Origin: Escherichia coli
Lineage (GTDB): Bacteria > Pseudomonadota > Gammaproteobacteria > Enterobacterales > Enterobacteriaceae
Reading direction: 5' to 3' (one strand)
NCBI RefSeq assembly: GCF_003334785.1
Contig: NZ_QOWV01000023.1
DNA length: 45,913 bases
A model generated the notes under the pieces. The model was not told the origin of the DNA, ran no database searches, and was given only the letters and a program-made list of their open reading frames with translations. Shown here one piece after another: positions 12,520-23,304 of this stretch; the first letter of the stretch is position 1; each line of letters begins with the position of its first letter. Position numbers and translations under genes: made by a program.

Positions 12520-13581
12520 TCAGTTATAGTTAATCTTAAAAAGCACCACTGTATCGAAGGGGCCAGCCTCGATGGGGGTGCCTGGAATGGACGAAAGTTC
12601 AGCCGTATAGGTTTTTTCGTAGACCAACATGTCACTGGTGAAATCGGCGTATTCAGCATATTTATTGAAGGTATAAGGCGAGGCGTTTTCATCCAGTAAA
12701 CGTAGCTTCAGACCATTACCAATCAACAATGCTTTATCTTCTTCAACCAACGTTTCTTCGGTATAAAAGGAGGAACTGACTTTAAATCCGTCGGTGCATT
12801 GATCGTTTTGGCTCTTGGTCGTTTTAATACTGAACGTTTTCGACATTGTGTGGCGACGTATATCCAGCAAATTAAATTTACCAAAATCAATCACCTGTGT
12901 TTCCGGTGAAATGGAAAAATTGACGCTGCAATCCAGCACGCGAATGTTTTCCAGACCAGTAATATGATATTTCAGGTTTTGGGCAGTAGGGTCTTCGTTA
13001 ACGCTACCGGCACCGTCAAATTGCACGACGATATAGTCGCTAAGCGTACTTTGATAATCATGCGGCGGCATTTCTCGTATTTTGACGTATAACCGCATGC
13101 GAGCGAGAAAGGTACGCGACATATGAATATTAGCGGGATCGCCCGAGCAAATTTTGTTCTGCCATCCCATCGCGATGATCTGCTCAGGGGTATAAATATC
13201 AATGTTCTTACTGTCGATACACTGGTTAGTGTCGATGCGACTTTTTCCCAGACTGGCATCGTAATCGACACCGTTGTATGTCACGCCGAGTTGATAATAA
13301 CGATCCTGCACCCCCGGATAGGGGTTTACCCAGGCGTAGACATGCTCGCTTTCAAAGTTGCCGTTGGTATTGTTGTCACAATAGACGGGAATTTTAATAT
13401 CGTCAGATTCCCAGATCTTATCACCGGGTTTGGCATTGCCTGGTACAGCAAACGGTTGAATCGCTTCTGATTTTTCTACTGCGCCACCAGATGTACCAAA
13501 ATAGCAGTTCAGCGCCATTGCAGACTTCAACGGCAGAAATAACAGGCAGATGACGAGCAACAATCCCTTGCCAGCACTCAT
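12520..13581 (-). CDS. ybgO: Putative fimbrial adhesin/minor subunit of the ybg chaperone-usher system
   Basis: Start chosen at ATG 13581 (GGAGG 5 nt upstream; overlaps ybgP stop as ATGA); signal-peptide N-terminus; last gene of the operon. Confidence 0.8.
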   Translation of the reverse strand: MSAGKGLLLVICLLFLPLKSAMALNCYFGTSGGAVEKSEAIQPFAVPGNAKPGDKIWESDDIKIPVYCDNNTNGNFESEHVYAWVNPYPGVQDRYYQLGVTYNGVDYDASLGKSRIDTNQCIDSKNIDIYTPEQIIAMGWQNKICSGDPANIHMSRTFLARMRLYVKIREMPPHDYQSTLSDYIVVQFDGAGSVNEDPTAQNLKYHITGLENIRVLDCSVNFSISPETQVIDFGKFNLLDIRRHTMSKTFSIKTTKSQNDQCTDGFKVSSSFYTEETLVEEDKALLIGNGLKLRLLDENASPYTFNKYAEYADFTSDMLVYEKTYTAELSSIPGTPIEAGPFDTVVLFKINYN

Positions 13582-14306
13582 TTCGCCTCCACTGCTTGTA
13601 AACGGCATTGTCCGCTGCAGTTGAGCGTCGTCATGCGTAATGCGCCGTAATCATCCATGTAACCGAGATAAAACTGGCTGCCGCTATAACTTCCGGTGTT
13701 TGTGTTGACCGTACTAAAAGGTGCAACCATCACGGTTTTGAAGCCTGGGAGAACGCCTTTTTCATTTCTCCCCAGATAGGCAATGGTCAGATAATACGCG
13801 GTAGGATTTTTCAGTGTCAGTTGGTTGCCCTGCTGGCTGACCTGTAACTGCAGTTCGACCTTTTCTCCTGCTTTCTTGCGTAATGCAGCCGGTCGCCAGA
13901 ACAATTTAATACGACTTTGAATAGCGACCTGAAGTATCGCATGGTCGCTGCTTTTATCCGGAGCGGGAGGAATTTCGCGCATATTGTAGAAAAATAGCGT
14001 TTCGCGATCGCCAGGTAATTGTGTGGTTGAGGCTTGTTTCACAACCCGCACCTGCGATGTCGCTTTCGGTTCCAGACGTTGAATAGGGGGCAAAGCGACC
14101 AGAAGAGCATCGCTTTTCTCCCCTTTTTCATTTTCTATCCAGGAATAAGCAAGATAAGGCAGTTTGTCACTTTGGTTTTCGATACGCAGGCTGGTGGCTT
14201 TGTCATTGGCGTTAAACACAATGCGTGTGCGATCGGGTTGCACCGCAGCATTGCAACCCAAGCTGATGGTTAACAACATTAAGGGTAATCCTTTAATAAA
14301 TGTCAT
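13578..14306 (-). CDS. ybgP: Periplasmic fimbrial chaperone (PapD-like)
   Basis: 242-aa product from ATG 14306; signal peptide; PapD-like chaperone sequence features. Confidence 0.85.
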   Translation of the reverse strand: MTFIKGLPLMLLTISLGCNAAVQPDRTRIVFNANDKATSLRIENQSDKLPYLAYSWIENEKGEKSDALLVALPPIQRLEPKATSQVRVVKQASTTQLPGDRETLFFYNMREIPPAPDKSSDHAILQVAIQSRIKLFWRPAALRKKAGEKVELQLQVSQQGNQLTLKNPTAYYLTIAYLGRNEKGVLPGFKTVMVAPFSTVNTNTGSYSGSQFYLGYMDDYGALRMTTLNCSGQCRLQAVEAK

Positions 14307-14320
14307 TCTCTTTTCCTTAA

Positions 14321-16777
14321 TTAATGACAAGGTAAAATCAGGCGTTTGGTCGTGTCTTCCAGACGTTCTGGCAGATGAATAATGCAGCTTTGCTCACCCC
14401 AGACCACGGTAAACAGTTGATTTTCAGCGACACCGCTTAACCAGGCATGTCCTTCCTCGCCAACCATACCCACGCTAATGCCGCTGTCATCCTGGCGGAT
14501 ATCCGCACCGAGGGGAGGGAACTGACCGCTGGCGTTGCGTATGATGACGTTAACGTCTTTACCGGAACGGGAAGCCAGTGATTTGTAACCTATCGCGCCT
14601 TCAATCCATGTTTCCTTGATGACGTTTTCTGCAACTGTTACGCCGTCGGGTAAGTCATTCATGTTCACCGCCACGGTGGAAGGCTGGTAACTGGAAATCA
14701 ACGGCACCACCGCAATGCCAAAATGGTTGGTGTAGTCGAGATTGCCCTGAACCGGAATATCTGCCACGCCATCGGTGCTGACCATCAGGCGTGGTTCATT
14801 GGTGGAGCTGCGGCGATGAAATGCTGCACCATATTGGGTTGCGGTGAAAGAACCGCTCCAGCTGCTGCTGACGGAACTGTAATCACTGGCGGCATAGGTA
14901 CCAGAAATATCCCACTCACCCGCTGAACTCAGGTGCTGATAGTTACCGCTCACCTGGGCTCCATTGTCCGGACGATCGGATTGCAGTCCGGCAGACATGC
15001 CCCAGCTATTACGTTCATCCAGCGTATCGTTCCACGACATGCGGTGTATGGTGCTGTGGCTACTGTTTTGCATGTCATAGCCAACCCGACCACCGTTACC
15101 GAAGGGGAGCGAAATCGACAGATAAATCTGGTTGTCGCGATCTTTATCTTCGTAGTGGGTCGTATTGAATGACGTCGAAATCGAGATATCTCTCCAGTCA
15201 CCAATATCAACATTAAAACCTGCTGTGATGTTGGCGGTCGTGGAGGCGTCTGCATTCCACCAGGTTTGATGTAGCAGGTTGGCGTAAAGATTGAGGTTTA
15301 GTGGGGTAATCGGTTGGCCCACGGATAAGCTGATCGTCTGTTTTTCGTCCTGCGCATCGCTGTCGTTGTATTTGTGATCCAGATAGTTGGCGTAGCTGTG
15401 AAAATGACGATCTGAGAAGCGATAAGCGGCGAGCGAAATCGTGCTGTTGGTGGCATCCACTTGTTTGCTGTAATTAAAACGGTAGCTTAAGCCCCGCTCG
15501 TCCTGCTGAGTATCAAAATGGCTACTGGCCCAGGTGACATCAAAGGACAGTGCGCCAAGCCACAGCATATTTTGCCCGATACCCATTGCGGCAGAATGGT
15601 AGTCATCATCAGAAATCAGCAGGCCGCCGTACAGCGAGGTGTTTGAGAGCATCCCCCAGGAAACTTCATTGCTAAAAAAGGTTTCATTTTCAGTTTGATG
15701 TGACATGGAAGGCCGTGGCTGACCCGCGGCCAATTTATAGCGAACCTGTCCCTGGCGAGTCAGGAAGGGCGTCGATGCTGCCGAAACCTGGAAATTGTTC
15801 ACCCGACCATCTTCTTCCGTCACTTTGACATCCAGCGTGCCCTGAACAGACTGATTGAGGTCATCAATAATAAACGGGCCTGGCGGGACTTTTTTCTGGT
15901 AAATGACGCGGCCTGATTGACTGATCGTCACCGTGGCATTGGTCTGTGCAATACCGCTAATTTGTGGGGCGTAGCCACGCAGCTCCCACGGTAACATTCG
16001 ATCGTCACTCGCCAGTGCCGCGCCGGTATAAGAAAAACCATCGAAAATATTGGAACTGAAATCGGTTTCGCCGAGGGTTAACTTAGAGCCTAATTGCGGT
16101 AATGGACGAAAAAGATAGGTGCGCGATATTCCGCCTGACTGGTCATGGTTATCTTCGCTATCGGTCTTATTAAGCTGGTAATCACTGCGTAAGCGCCATG
16201 CCCCGGCGTTAATTCCGGCGGTACCGTAGGCATTCAGGTTAGTGCTGCTGCTGCCGTCCTGTGGGCGGTAGCTGCTGGCAAACAAGTTGTAATCCATCAG
16301 GACACCGGCAACACCTTCTTTCCATGTAGAGGGGGGAGCCCAGTTTTCTGAGTGCCACGCCAGCCAGGCTTGCGGAATACTAATATTCAGTTGCTGATTG
16401 GCTTGATCGAAATTGAAGAGCATTTCAGGTCGGGAACTGAAATCAATACACCGATCTATCTGTGGCAAGGACTGACGGATATCTGGTTTTAAACCAAATT
16501 TATCGACCAGTGAATCATTGATGCATGGAATGGTTTTGTCACCCTTTTTTTGCCAGTTAATTTTTTGCCCATTACTGATTTTGTTGTTATTCACCGCAAC
16601 GCTAACAAAATATTCACCGGGAGCAATGACTCCTTTTTCCTTTAATAATGAAATATCAATGCGGTCGCGCATTGATTTATCGAGAACATTCAGATTGAAT
16701 TCGACCGCCATTGCGCAAGGCATCGCCATGACCAGGCAGGATACAAAAGAGAGTCGATAAATATTCACGGTGTCCAT
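14321..16777 (-). CDS. ybgQ: Outer-membrane fimbrial usher (PapC/FimD family)
   Basis: ~818-aa product from ATG 16777 (ORF track extends to 16819); size and sequence typical of ushers. Confidence 0.85.
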   Translation of the reverse strand: MDTVNIYRLSFVSCLVMAMPCAMAVEFNLNVLDKSMRDRIDISLLKEKGVIAPGEYFVSVAVNNNKISNGQKINWQKKGDKTIPCINDSLVDKFGLKPDIRQSLPQIDRCIDFSSRPEMLFNFDQANQQLNISIPQAWLAWHSENWAPPSTWKEGVAGVLMDYNLFASSYRPQDGSSSTNLNAYGTAGINAGAWRLRSDYQLNKTDSEDNHDQSGGISRTYLFRPLPQLGSKLTLGETDFSSNIFDGFSYTGAALASDDRMLPWELRGYAPQISGIAQTNATVTISQSGRVIYQKKVPPGPFIIDDLNQSVQGTLDVKVTEEDGRVNNFQVSAASTPFLTRQGQVRYKLAAGQPRPSMSHQTENETFFSNEVSWGMLSNTSLYGGLLISDDDYHSAAMGIGQNMLWLGALSFDVTWASSHFDTQQDERGLSYRFNYSKQVDATNSTISLAAYRFSDRHFHSYANYLDHKYNDSDAQDEKQTISLSVGQPITPLNLNLYANLLHQTWWNADASTTANITAGFNVDIGDWRDISISTSFNTTHYEDKDRDNQIYLSISLPFGNGGRVGYDMQNSSHSTIHRMSWNDTLDERNSWGMSAGLQSDRPDNGAQVSGNYQHLSSAGEWDISGTYAASDYSSVSSSWSGSFTATQYGAAFHRRSSTNEPRLMVSTDGVADIPVQGNLDYTNHFGIAVVPLISSYQPSTVAVNMNDLPDGVTVAENVIKETWIEGAIGYKSLASRSGKDVNVIIRNASGQFPPLGADIRQDDSGISVGMVGEEGHAWLSGVAENQLFTVVWGEQSCIIHLPERLEDTTKRLILPCH

Positions 16778-16827
16778 ACCTGATAAATATTTTATGAAAG
16801 GCGGCGATGATGCCGCCAAAATAATAC

Positions 16828-17394
16828 TTATTTATAATCCAGCACGTAGGTTGCGTTAGCGGTTACTTCACCTGCCGTGACATCGACTGCATTATCAATT
16901 TGTTCCATCCAGGCGAAAAAGTTCAGCGTCTGTTCTGATGAGCTTGCATCCAGGTCAAGATCTGGCGCGGCTGAACCTAATACGATGTTACCGTCATTTT
17001 TGTCCATCAGTCGTACACCGATCCCAGTTGCTTCGCCTGCACTGGTGTTGCTCAACAAAGGCGTAGCACCAGTTGTCTTAGCCGTGCTATCGAAGGTTAC
17101 GCCAACTTTGGATACCGGCATTCCGCTACCGTTGTCAGAAGCAGGCAGATCACAGTTGATCAAGCGAATGTCGACGGCCACTTTATTGCTATGATGCTCC
17201 CGGTTTATATGGGTTGTCGTGACTTGTCCAAGATCTATGTTTTTATCAATATCTTCTGGATGAATTTCACAAGGTGCTTCAATAACCTCCCCCTTAAAGT
17301 GAATTTCGCCAGAACCTTCATCAGCAGCATAAACAGGTGCAGTGAACAGCAGAGATACGGCCAGTGCGGCCAATGTTTTTTGTCCTTTAAACAT
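16828..17394 (-). CDS. ybgD: Fimbrial major subunit (type 1 pilin-like)
   Basis: 188-aa ORF with signal peptide and pilin-like Cys pair; first gene of ybgDQPO. Confidence 0.88.
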   Translation of the reverse strand: MFKGQKTLAALAVSLLFTAPVYAADEGSGEIHFKGEVIEAPCEIHPEDIDKNIDLGQVTTTHINREHHSNKVAVDIRLINCDLPASDNGSGMPVSKVGVTFDSTAKTTGATPLLSNTSAGEATGIGVRLMDKNDGNIVLGSAAPDLDLDASSSEQTLNFFAWMEQIDNAVDVTAGEVTANATYVLDYK

Positions 17395-17721
17395 AACAGA
17401 GTCCTTTAAGGATATAGAATAGGGGTATAGCTACGCCAGAATATCGTATTTGATTATTGCTAGTTTTTAGTTTTGCTTAAAAATATTGTTAGTTTTATTA
17501 AATGCAAAACTAAAGTATTGGTATCATGAATTTGTTGTATGATGAATAAAATATAGGGGGGTATAGATAGACGTCATTTTCATAGGGTTATAAATGCGAC
17601 TACCATGAAGTTTTTAATTGAAAGTATTGGGTTGCTGATAATTTGAGCTGTTCTATTCTTTTTAAATATCTATATAGGTCTGTTAATGGATTTTATTTTT
17701 ACAATTTTTTGTGTTTAGGCA

Positions 17722-17755
17722 TATAAAAATCAACCCGCCATATGAACGGCGGGTT
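17722..17755 (-). terminator. Intrinsic terminator of gltA
   Basis: Hairpin AACCCGCC/GGCGGGTT (17733-17740 with 17748-17755), followed on the minus strand by a T-rich run (plus-strand ATAAAAAT at 17722-17730), just after the gltA stop. Confidence 0.6.
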
Positions 17756-17783
17756 AAAATATTTACAACTTAGCAATCAACCA

Positions 17784-19067
17784 TTAACGCTTGATATCGC
17801 TTTTAAAGTCGCGTTTTTCATATCCTGTATACAGCTGACGCGGACGGGCAATCTTCATACCGTCACTGTGCATTTCGCTCCAGTGGGCGATCCAGCCAAC
17901 GGTACGTGCCATTGCGAAAATGACGGTGAACATGGAAGACGGAATACCCATCGCTTTCAGGATGATACCAGAGTAGAAATCGACGTTCGGGTACAGTTTC
18001 TTCTCGATAAAGTACGGGTCGTTCAGCGCGATGTTTTCCAGCTCCATAGCCACTTCCAGCAGGTCATCCTTCGTGCCCAGCTCTTTCAGCACTTCATGGC
18101 AGGTTTCACGCATTACGGTGGCGCGCGGGTCGTAATTTTTGTACACGCGGTGACCGAAGCCCATCAGGCGGAAAGAATCATTTTTGTCTTTCGCACGACG
18201 AACAAATTCCGGAATGTGTTTAACGGAGCTGATTTCTTCCAGCATTTTCAGCGCCGCTTCGTTAGCACCGCCGTGCGCAGGTCCCCACAGTGAAGCAATA
18301 CCTGCTGCGATACAGGCAAACGGGTTCGCACCCGAAGAGCCAGCGGTACGCACGGTGGAGGTAGAGGCGTTCTGTTCATGGTCAGCGTGCAGGATCAGAA
18401 TACGGTCCATAGCACGTTCCAGAATCGGATTAACTTCATACGGTTCGCACGGCGTGGAGAACATCATATTCAGGAAGTTACCGGCGTAGGAGAGATCGTT
18501 GCGCGGGTAAACAAATGGCTGACCAATGGAATACTTGTAACACATCGCGGCCATGGTCGGCATTTTCGACAGCAGGCGGAACGCGGCAATTTCACGGTGA
18601 CGAGGATTGTTAACATCCAGCGAGTCGTGATAGAACGCCGCCAGCGCGCCGGTAATACCACACATGACTGCCATTGGATGCGAGTCGCGACGGAAAGCAT
18701 GGAACAGACGGGTAATCTGCTCGTGGATCATGGTATGACGGGTCACCGTAGTTTTAAATTCGTCATACTGTTCCTGAGTCGGTTTTTCACCATTCAGCAG
18801 GATGTAACAAACTTCCAGGTAGTTAGAATCGGTCGCCAGCTGATCGATCGGGAAACCGCGGTGCAGCAAAATACCTTCATCACCATCAATAAAAGTAATT
18901 TTAGATTCGCAGGATGCGGTTGAAGTGAAGCCTGGGTCAAAGGTGAACACACCTTTTGAACCGAGAGTACGGATATCAATAACATCTTGACCCAGCGTGC
19001 CTTTCAGCACATCCAGTTCAACAGCTGTATCCCCGTTGAGGGTGAGTTTTGCTTTTGTATCAGCCAT
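17784..19067 (-). CDS. gltA: Citrate synthase (type II, hexameric)
   Basis: 427-aa ORF recognised as citrate synthase ([13 protein letters not shown]...). Confidence 0.97.
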   Translation of the reverse strand: MADTKAKLTLNGDTAVELDVLKGTLGQDVIDIRTLGSKGVFTFDPGFTSTASCESKITFIDGDEGILLHRGFPIDQLATDSNYLEVCYILLNGEKPTQEQYDEFKTTVTRHTMIHEQITRLFHAFRRDSHPMAVMCGITGALAAFYHDSLDVNNPRHREIAAFRLLSKMPTMAAMCYKYSIGQPFVYPRNDLSYAGNFLNMMFSTPCEPYEVNPILERAMDRILILHADHEQNASTSTVRTAGSSGANPFACIAAGIASLWGPAHGGANEAALKMLEEISSVKHIPEFVRRAKDKNDSFRLMGFGHRVYKNYDPRATVMRETCHEVLKELGTKDDLLEVAMELENIALNDPYFIEKKLYPNVDFYSGIILKAMGIPSSMFTVIFAMARTVGWIAHWSEMHSDGMKIARPRQLYTGYEKRDFKSDIKR

Positions 19068-19775
19068 TTAAGGTCTCCTTAGCGCCTTATTGCGTAAGAC
19101 TGCCGGAACTTAAATTTGCCTTCGCACATCAACCTGGCTTTACCCGTTTTTTATTTGGCTCGCCGCTCTGTGAAAGAGGGGAAAACCTGGGTACAGAGCT
19201 CTGGGCGCTTGCAGGTAAAGGATCCATTGATGACGAATAAATGGCGAATCAAGTACTTAGCAATCCGAATTATTAAACTTGTCTACCACTAATAACTGTC
19301 CCGAATGAATTGGTCAATACTTCCACACTGTTACATAAGTTAATCTTAGGTGAAATACCGACTTCATAACTTTTACGCATTATATGCTTTTCCTGGTAAT
19401 GTTTGTAACAACTTTGTTGAATGATTGTCAAATTAGATGATTAAAAATTAAATAAATGTTGTTATCGTGACCTGGATCACTGTTCAGGATAAAACCCGAC
19501 AAACTATATGTAGGTTAATTGTAATGATTTTGTGAACAGCCTATACTGCCGCCAGGTCTCCGGAACACCCTGCAATCCCGAGCCACCCAGCGTTGTAACG
19601 TGTCGTTTTCGCATCTGGAAGCAGTGTTTTGCATGACGCGCAGTTATAGAAAGGACGCTGTCTGACCCGCAAGCAGACCGGAGGAAGGAAATCCCGACGT
19701 CTCCAGGTAACAGAAAGTTAACCTCTGTGCCCGTAGTCCCCAGGGAATAATAAGAACAGCATGTGGGCGTTATTC
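19068..19775. promoter_or_regulatory. Divergent gltA / sdhCDAB promoter-regulatory region (~0.7 kb)
   Basis: Long AT-rich intergenic spacer between divergent gltA and sdhC; individual sites were not mapped from sequence. Confidence 0.6.
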
Positions 19776-20165
19776 ATGATAAGAAATGTGAAAAAACAAA
19801 GACCTGTTAATCTGGACCTACAGACCATCCGGTTCCCCATCACGGCGATAGCGTCCATTCTCCATCGCGTTTCCGGTGTGATCACCTTTGTTGCAGTGGG
19901 CATCCTGCTGTGGCTTCTGGGTACCAGCCTCTCTTCCCCTGAAGGTTTCGAGCAAGCTTCCGCGATTATGGGCAGCTTCTTCGTCAAATTTATCATGTGG
20001 GGCATCCTTACCGCTCTGGCGTATCACGTCGTCGTAGGTATTCGCCACATGATGATGGATTTTGGCTATCTGGAAGAAACATTCGAAGCGGGTAAACGCT
20101 CCGCCAAAATCTCCTTTGTTATTACTGTCGTGCTTTCACTTCTCGCAGGAGTCCTCGTATGGTAA
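19776..20165 (+). CDS. sdhC: Succinate dehydrogenase cytochrome b556 large membrane subunit
   Basis: 129-aa product from [15 protein letters not shown]; ORF track begins 15 nt upstream. Confidence 0.95.
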
Positions 20166-20506
20166 GCAACGCCTCCGCATTAGGACGCAATGGCGTACAT
20201 GATTTCATCCTCGTTCGCGCTACCGCTATCGTCCTGACGCTCTACATCATTTATATGGTCGGTTTTTTCGCTACCAGTGGCGAGCTGACATATGAAGTCT
20301 GGATCGGTTTCTTCGCCTCTGCGTTCACCAAAGTGTTCACCCTGCTGGCGCTGTTTTCTATCTTGATCCATGCCTGGATCGGCATGTGGCAGGTGTTGAC
20401 CGACTACGTTAAACCGCTGGCTTTGCGCCTGATGCTGCAACTGGTGATTGTCGTTGCACTGGTGGTTTACGTGATTTATGGATTCGTTGTGGTGTGGGGT
20501 GTGTGA
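20159..20506 (+). CDS. sdhD: Succinate dehydrogenase hydrophobic membrane anchor subunit
   Basis: 115-aa ORF overlapping sdhC end and sdhA start (TGATG at 20504-20508). Confidence 0.95.
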
Positions 20507-22272
20507 TGAAATTGCCAGTCAGAGAATTTGATGCAGTTGTGATTGGTGCCGGTGGCGCAGGTATGCGCGCGGCGCTGCAAATTTCCCAGAGCGGCCAGAC
20601 CTGTGCGCTGCTCTCTAAAGTCTTCCCGACCCGTTCCCATACCGTTTCTGCGCAAGGCGGCATTACCGTTGCGCTGGGTAATACCCATGAAGATAACTGG
20701 GAATGGCATATGTACGACACCGTGAAAGGGTCGGACTATATCGGTGACCAGGACGCGATTGAATATATGTGTAAAACCGGGCCGGAAGCGATTCTGGAAC
20801 TCGAACACATGGGCCTGCCGTTCTCGCGTCTCGATGATGGTCGTATCTATCAACGTCCGTTTGGCGGTCAGTCGAAAAACTTCGGCGGCGAGCAGGCGGC
20901 ACGCACTGCGGCAGCAGCTGACCGTACCGGTCACGCACTGTTGCACACGCTTTATCAGCAGAACCTGAAAAACCACACCACCATTTTCTCCGAGTGGTAT
21001 GCGCTGGATCTGGTGAAAAACCAGGATGGCGCGGTGGTGGGTTGTACCGCACTGTGCATCGAAACCGGTGAAGTGGTTTATTTCAAAGCCCGCGCTACCG
21101 TGCTGGCGACTGGCGGAGCAGGGCGTATTTATCAGTCCACCACCAACGCCCACATTAACACCGGCGACGGTGTCGGCATGGCTATCCGTGCCGGCGTACC
21201 GGTGCAGGATATGGAAATGTGGCAGTTCCACCCGACCGGCATTGCCGGTGCGGGCGTACTGGTCACCGAAGGTTGCCGTGGTGAAGGCGGTTATCTGCTG
21301 AACAAACATGGCGAACGTTTTATGGAGCGTTATGCGCCGAACGCCAAAGACCTGGCGGGCCGTGACGTGGTTGCGCGTTCCATCATGATCGAAATCCGTG
21401 AAGGTCGCGGCTGTGATGGTCCGTGGGGGCCACACGCGAAACTGAAACTCGATCACCTGGGTAAAGAAGTTCTCGAATCCCGTCTGCCGGGTATCCTGGA
21501 GCTTTCCCGTACCTTCGCTCACGTCGATCCGGTGAAAGAGCCGATTCCGGTTATCCCAACCTGTCACTACATGATGGGCGGTATTCCGACCAAAGTTACC
21601 GGTCAGGCGCTGACTGTGAATGAGAAAGGCGAAGATGTGGTTGTTCCGGGACTGTTTGCCGTTGGTGAAATCGCTTGTGTATCGGTACACGGCGCTAACC
21701 GTCTGGGCGGCAACTCGCTGCTGGACCTGGTGGTCTTTGGTCGCGCGGCAGGTCTGCATCTGCAAGAGTCTATCGCCGAGCAGGGCGCACTGCGCGATGC
21801 CAGCGAGTCTGATGTTGAAGCGTCTCTGGATCGCCTGAACCGCTGGAACAATAATCGTAACGGTGAAGATCCGGTGGCGATCCGTAAAGCGCTGCAAGAA
21901 TGTATGCAGCATAACTTCTCGGTCTTCCGTGAAGGTGATGCGATGGCGAAAGGGCTTGAGCAGTTGAAAGTGATCCGCGAGCGTCTGAAAAATGCCCGTC
22001 TGGATGACACTTCCAGCGAGTTCAACACCCAGCGCGTTGAGTGCCTGGAACTGGATAACCTGATGGAAACGGCGTATGCAACGGCTGTTTCTGCCAACTT
22101 CCGTACCGAAAGCCGTGGCGCGCATAGCCGCTTCGACTTCCCGGATCGTGATGATGAAAACTGGCTGTGCCACTCCCTGTATCTGCCAGAGTCGGAATCC
22201 ATGACGCGCCGAAGCGTCAACATGGAACCGAAACTGCGCCCGGCATTCCCGCCGAAGATTCGTACTTACTAA
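20506..22272 (+). CDS. sdhA: Succinate dehydrogenase flavoprotein subunit
   Basis: 588-aa product from [23 protein letters not shown] (FAD-binding GxGxxG). Confidence 0.97.
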   Translation: MKLPVREFDAVVIGAGGAGMRAALQISQSGQTCALLSKVFPTRSHTVSAQGGITVALGNTHEDNWEWHMYDTVKGSDYIGDQDAIEYMCKTGPEAILELEHMGLPFSRLDDGRIYQRPFGGQSKNFGGEQAARTAAAADRTGHALLHTLYQQNLKNHTTIFSEWYALDLVKNQDGAVVGCTALCIETGEVVYFKARATVLATGGAGRIYQSTTNAHINTGDGVGMAIRAGVPVQDMEMWQFHPTGIAGAGVLVTEGCRGEGGYLLNKHGERFMERYAPNAKDLAGRDVVARSIMIEIREGRGCDGPWGPHAKLKLDHLGKEVLESRLPGILELSRTFAHVDPVKEPIPVIPTCHYMMGGIPTKVTGQALTVNEKGEDVVVPGLFAVGEIACVSVHGANRLGGNSLLDLVVFGRAAGLHLQESIAEQGALRDASESDVEASLDRLNRWNNNRNGEDPVAIRKALQECMQHNFSVFREGDAMAKGLEQLKVIRERLKNARLDDTSSEFNTQRVECLELDNLMETAYATAVSANFRTESRGAHSRFDFPDRDDENWLCHSLYLPESESMTRRSVNMEPKLRPAFPPKIRTY

Positions 22273-22287
22273 TGCGGAGACAGGAAA

Positions 22288-23004
22288 ATGAGACTCGAGT
22301 TTTCAATTTATCGCTATAACCCGGATGTTGATGATGCTCCGCGTATGCAGGATTACACCCTGGAAGCGGATGAAGGTCGCGACATGATGCTGCTGGATGC
22401 GCTTATCCAGCTAAAAGAGAAAGATCCCAGCCTGTCGTTCCGCCGCTCCTGCCGTGAAGGTGTGTGCGGTTCCGACGGTCTGAACATGAACGGCAAGAAT
22501 GGTCTGGCCTGTATTACCCCGATTTCGGCACTCAACCAGCCGGGCAAGAAGATTGTGATTCGCCCGCTGCCAGGTTTACCGGTGATCCGCGATTTGGTGG
22601 TAGACATGGGACAATTCTATGCGCAATATGAGAAAATTAAGCCTTACCTGTTGAATAATGGACAAAATCCGCCAGCTCGCGAGCATTTACAGATGCCAGA
22701 GCAGCGCGAAAAACTCGACGGGCTGTATGAATGTATTCTCTGCGCATGTTGTTCAACCTCTTGTCCGTCTTTCTGGTGGAATCCCGATAAGTTTATCGGC
22801 CCGGCAGGCTTGTTAGCGGCATATCGTTTCCTGATTGATAGCCGTGATACCGAGACTGACAGCCGCCTCGACGGTTTGAGTGATGCATTCAGCGTATTCC
22901 GCTGTCACAGCATCATGAACTGCGTCAGTGTATGTCCGAAGGGGCTGAACCCGACGCGCGCCATCGGCCATATCAAGTCGATGTTGTTGCAACGTAATGC
23001 GTAA
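22288..23004 (+). CDS. sdhB: Succinate dehydrogenase iron-sulfur subunit
   Basis: 238-aa ORF with Cys clusters (CxxCxxC...CP) typical of SdhB. Confidence 0.97.
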   Translation: MRLEFSIYRYNPDVDDAPRMQDYTLEADEGRDMMLLDALIQLKEKDPSLSFRRSCREGVCGSDGLNMNGKNGLACITPISALNQPGKKIVIRPLPGLPVIRDLVVDMGQFYAQYEKIKPYLLNNGQNPPAREHLQMPEQREKLDGLYECILCACCSTSCPSFWWNPDKFIGPAGLLAAYRFLIDSRDTETDSRLDGLSDAFSVFRCHSIMNCVSVCPKGLNPTRAIGHIKSMLLQRNA

Positions 23005-23005
23005 A

Positions 23006-23126
23006 CCGTAGGCCTGATAAGACGCGCAAGCGTCGCATCAGGCAACCAGTGCCGGATGCGGCGTGAACGCCTTATCCGGCCTACAAGTCATTACCCGTAG
23101 GCCTGATAAGCGCAGCGCATCAGGCG
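23006..23126. repeat. REP/BIME cluster (three REP units) between sdhB and sucA
   Basis: CCGTAGGCCTGATAAGACGCGCAAGCGTCGCATCAGGCA, GCCGGATGCGGCGTGAACGCCTTATCCGGCCTACA and CCGTAGGCCTGATAAGCGCAGCGCATCAGGCG. Confidence 0.75.
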
Positions 23127-23304
23127 TAACAAAGAAATGCAGGAAATCTTTAAAAACTGCCCCTGACACTAAGACAGTTTTTAAAGGTTCCTTCGCGAGC
23201 CACTACGTAGACAAGAGCTCGCAAGTGAACCCCGGCACGCACATCACTGTGCGTGGTAGTATCCACGGCGAAGTAAGCATAAAAAAGATGCTTAAGGGAT
23301 CACG

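Noticed and set aside
12079-12699. 206-aa plus-strand ORF spanning the abrB 5' region and the abrB-ybgO spacer
   Set aside because: Mostly antisense to the abrB membrane-protein gene; composition not protein-like; it conflicts with the better-supported minus-strand genes.
11322-16819. N-terminal extensions in the ORF track for abrB (to 12446), ybgO (to 13608), ybgP (to 14330) and ybgQ (to 16819)
   Set aside because: Internal ATGs with better Shine-Dalgarno context and signal-peptide placement give products matching expected family lengths; the extensions are probably read-through of upstream sequence.
17742-18293. 183-aa plus-strand ORF overlapping the 3' end of gltA
   Set aside because: Lies antisense within citrate synthase coding sequence and across its terminator; no ribosome-binding site and no domain-like features.
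20476-22173. 565-aa ORF on the minus strand fully inside sdhA
   Set aside because: Antisense to a well-supported, highly conserved flavoprotein gene; long stop-free antisense frames are expected in GC-rich, codon-biased genes. No start context or independent signal.
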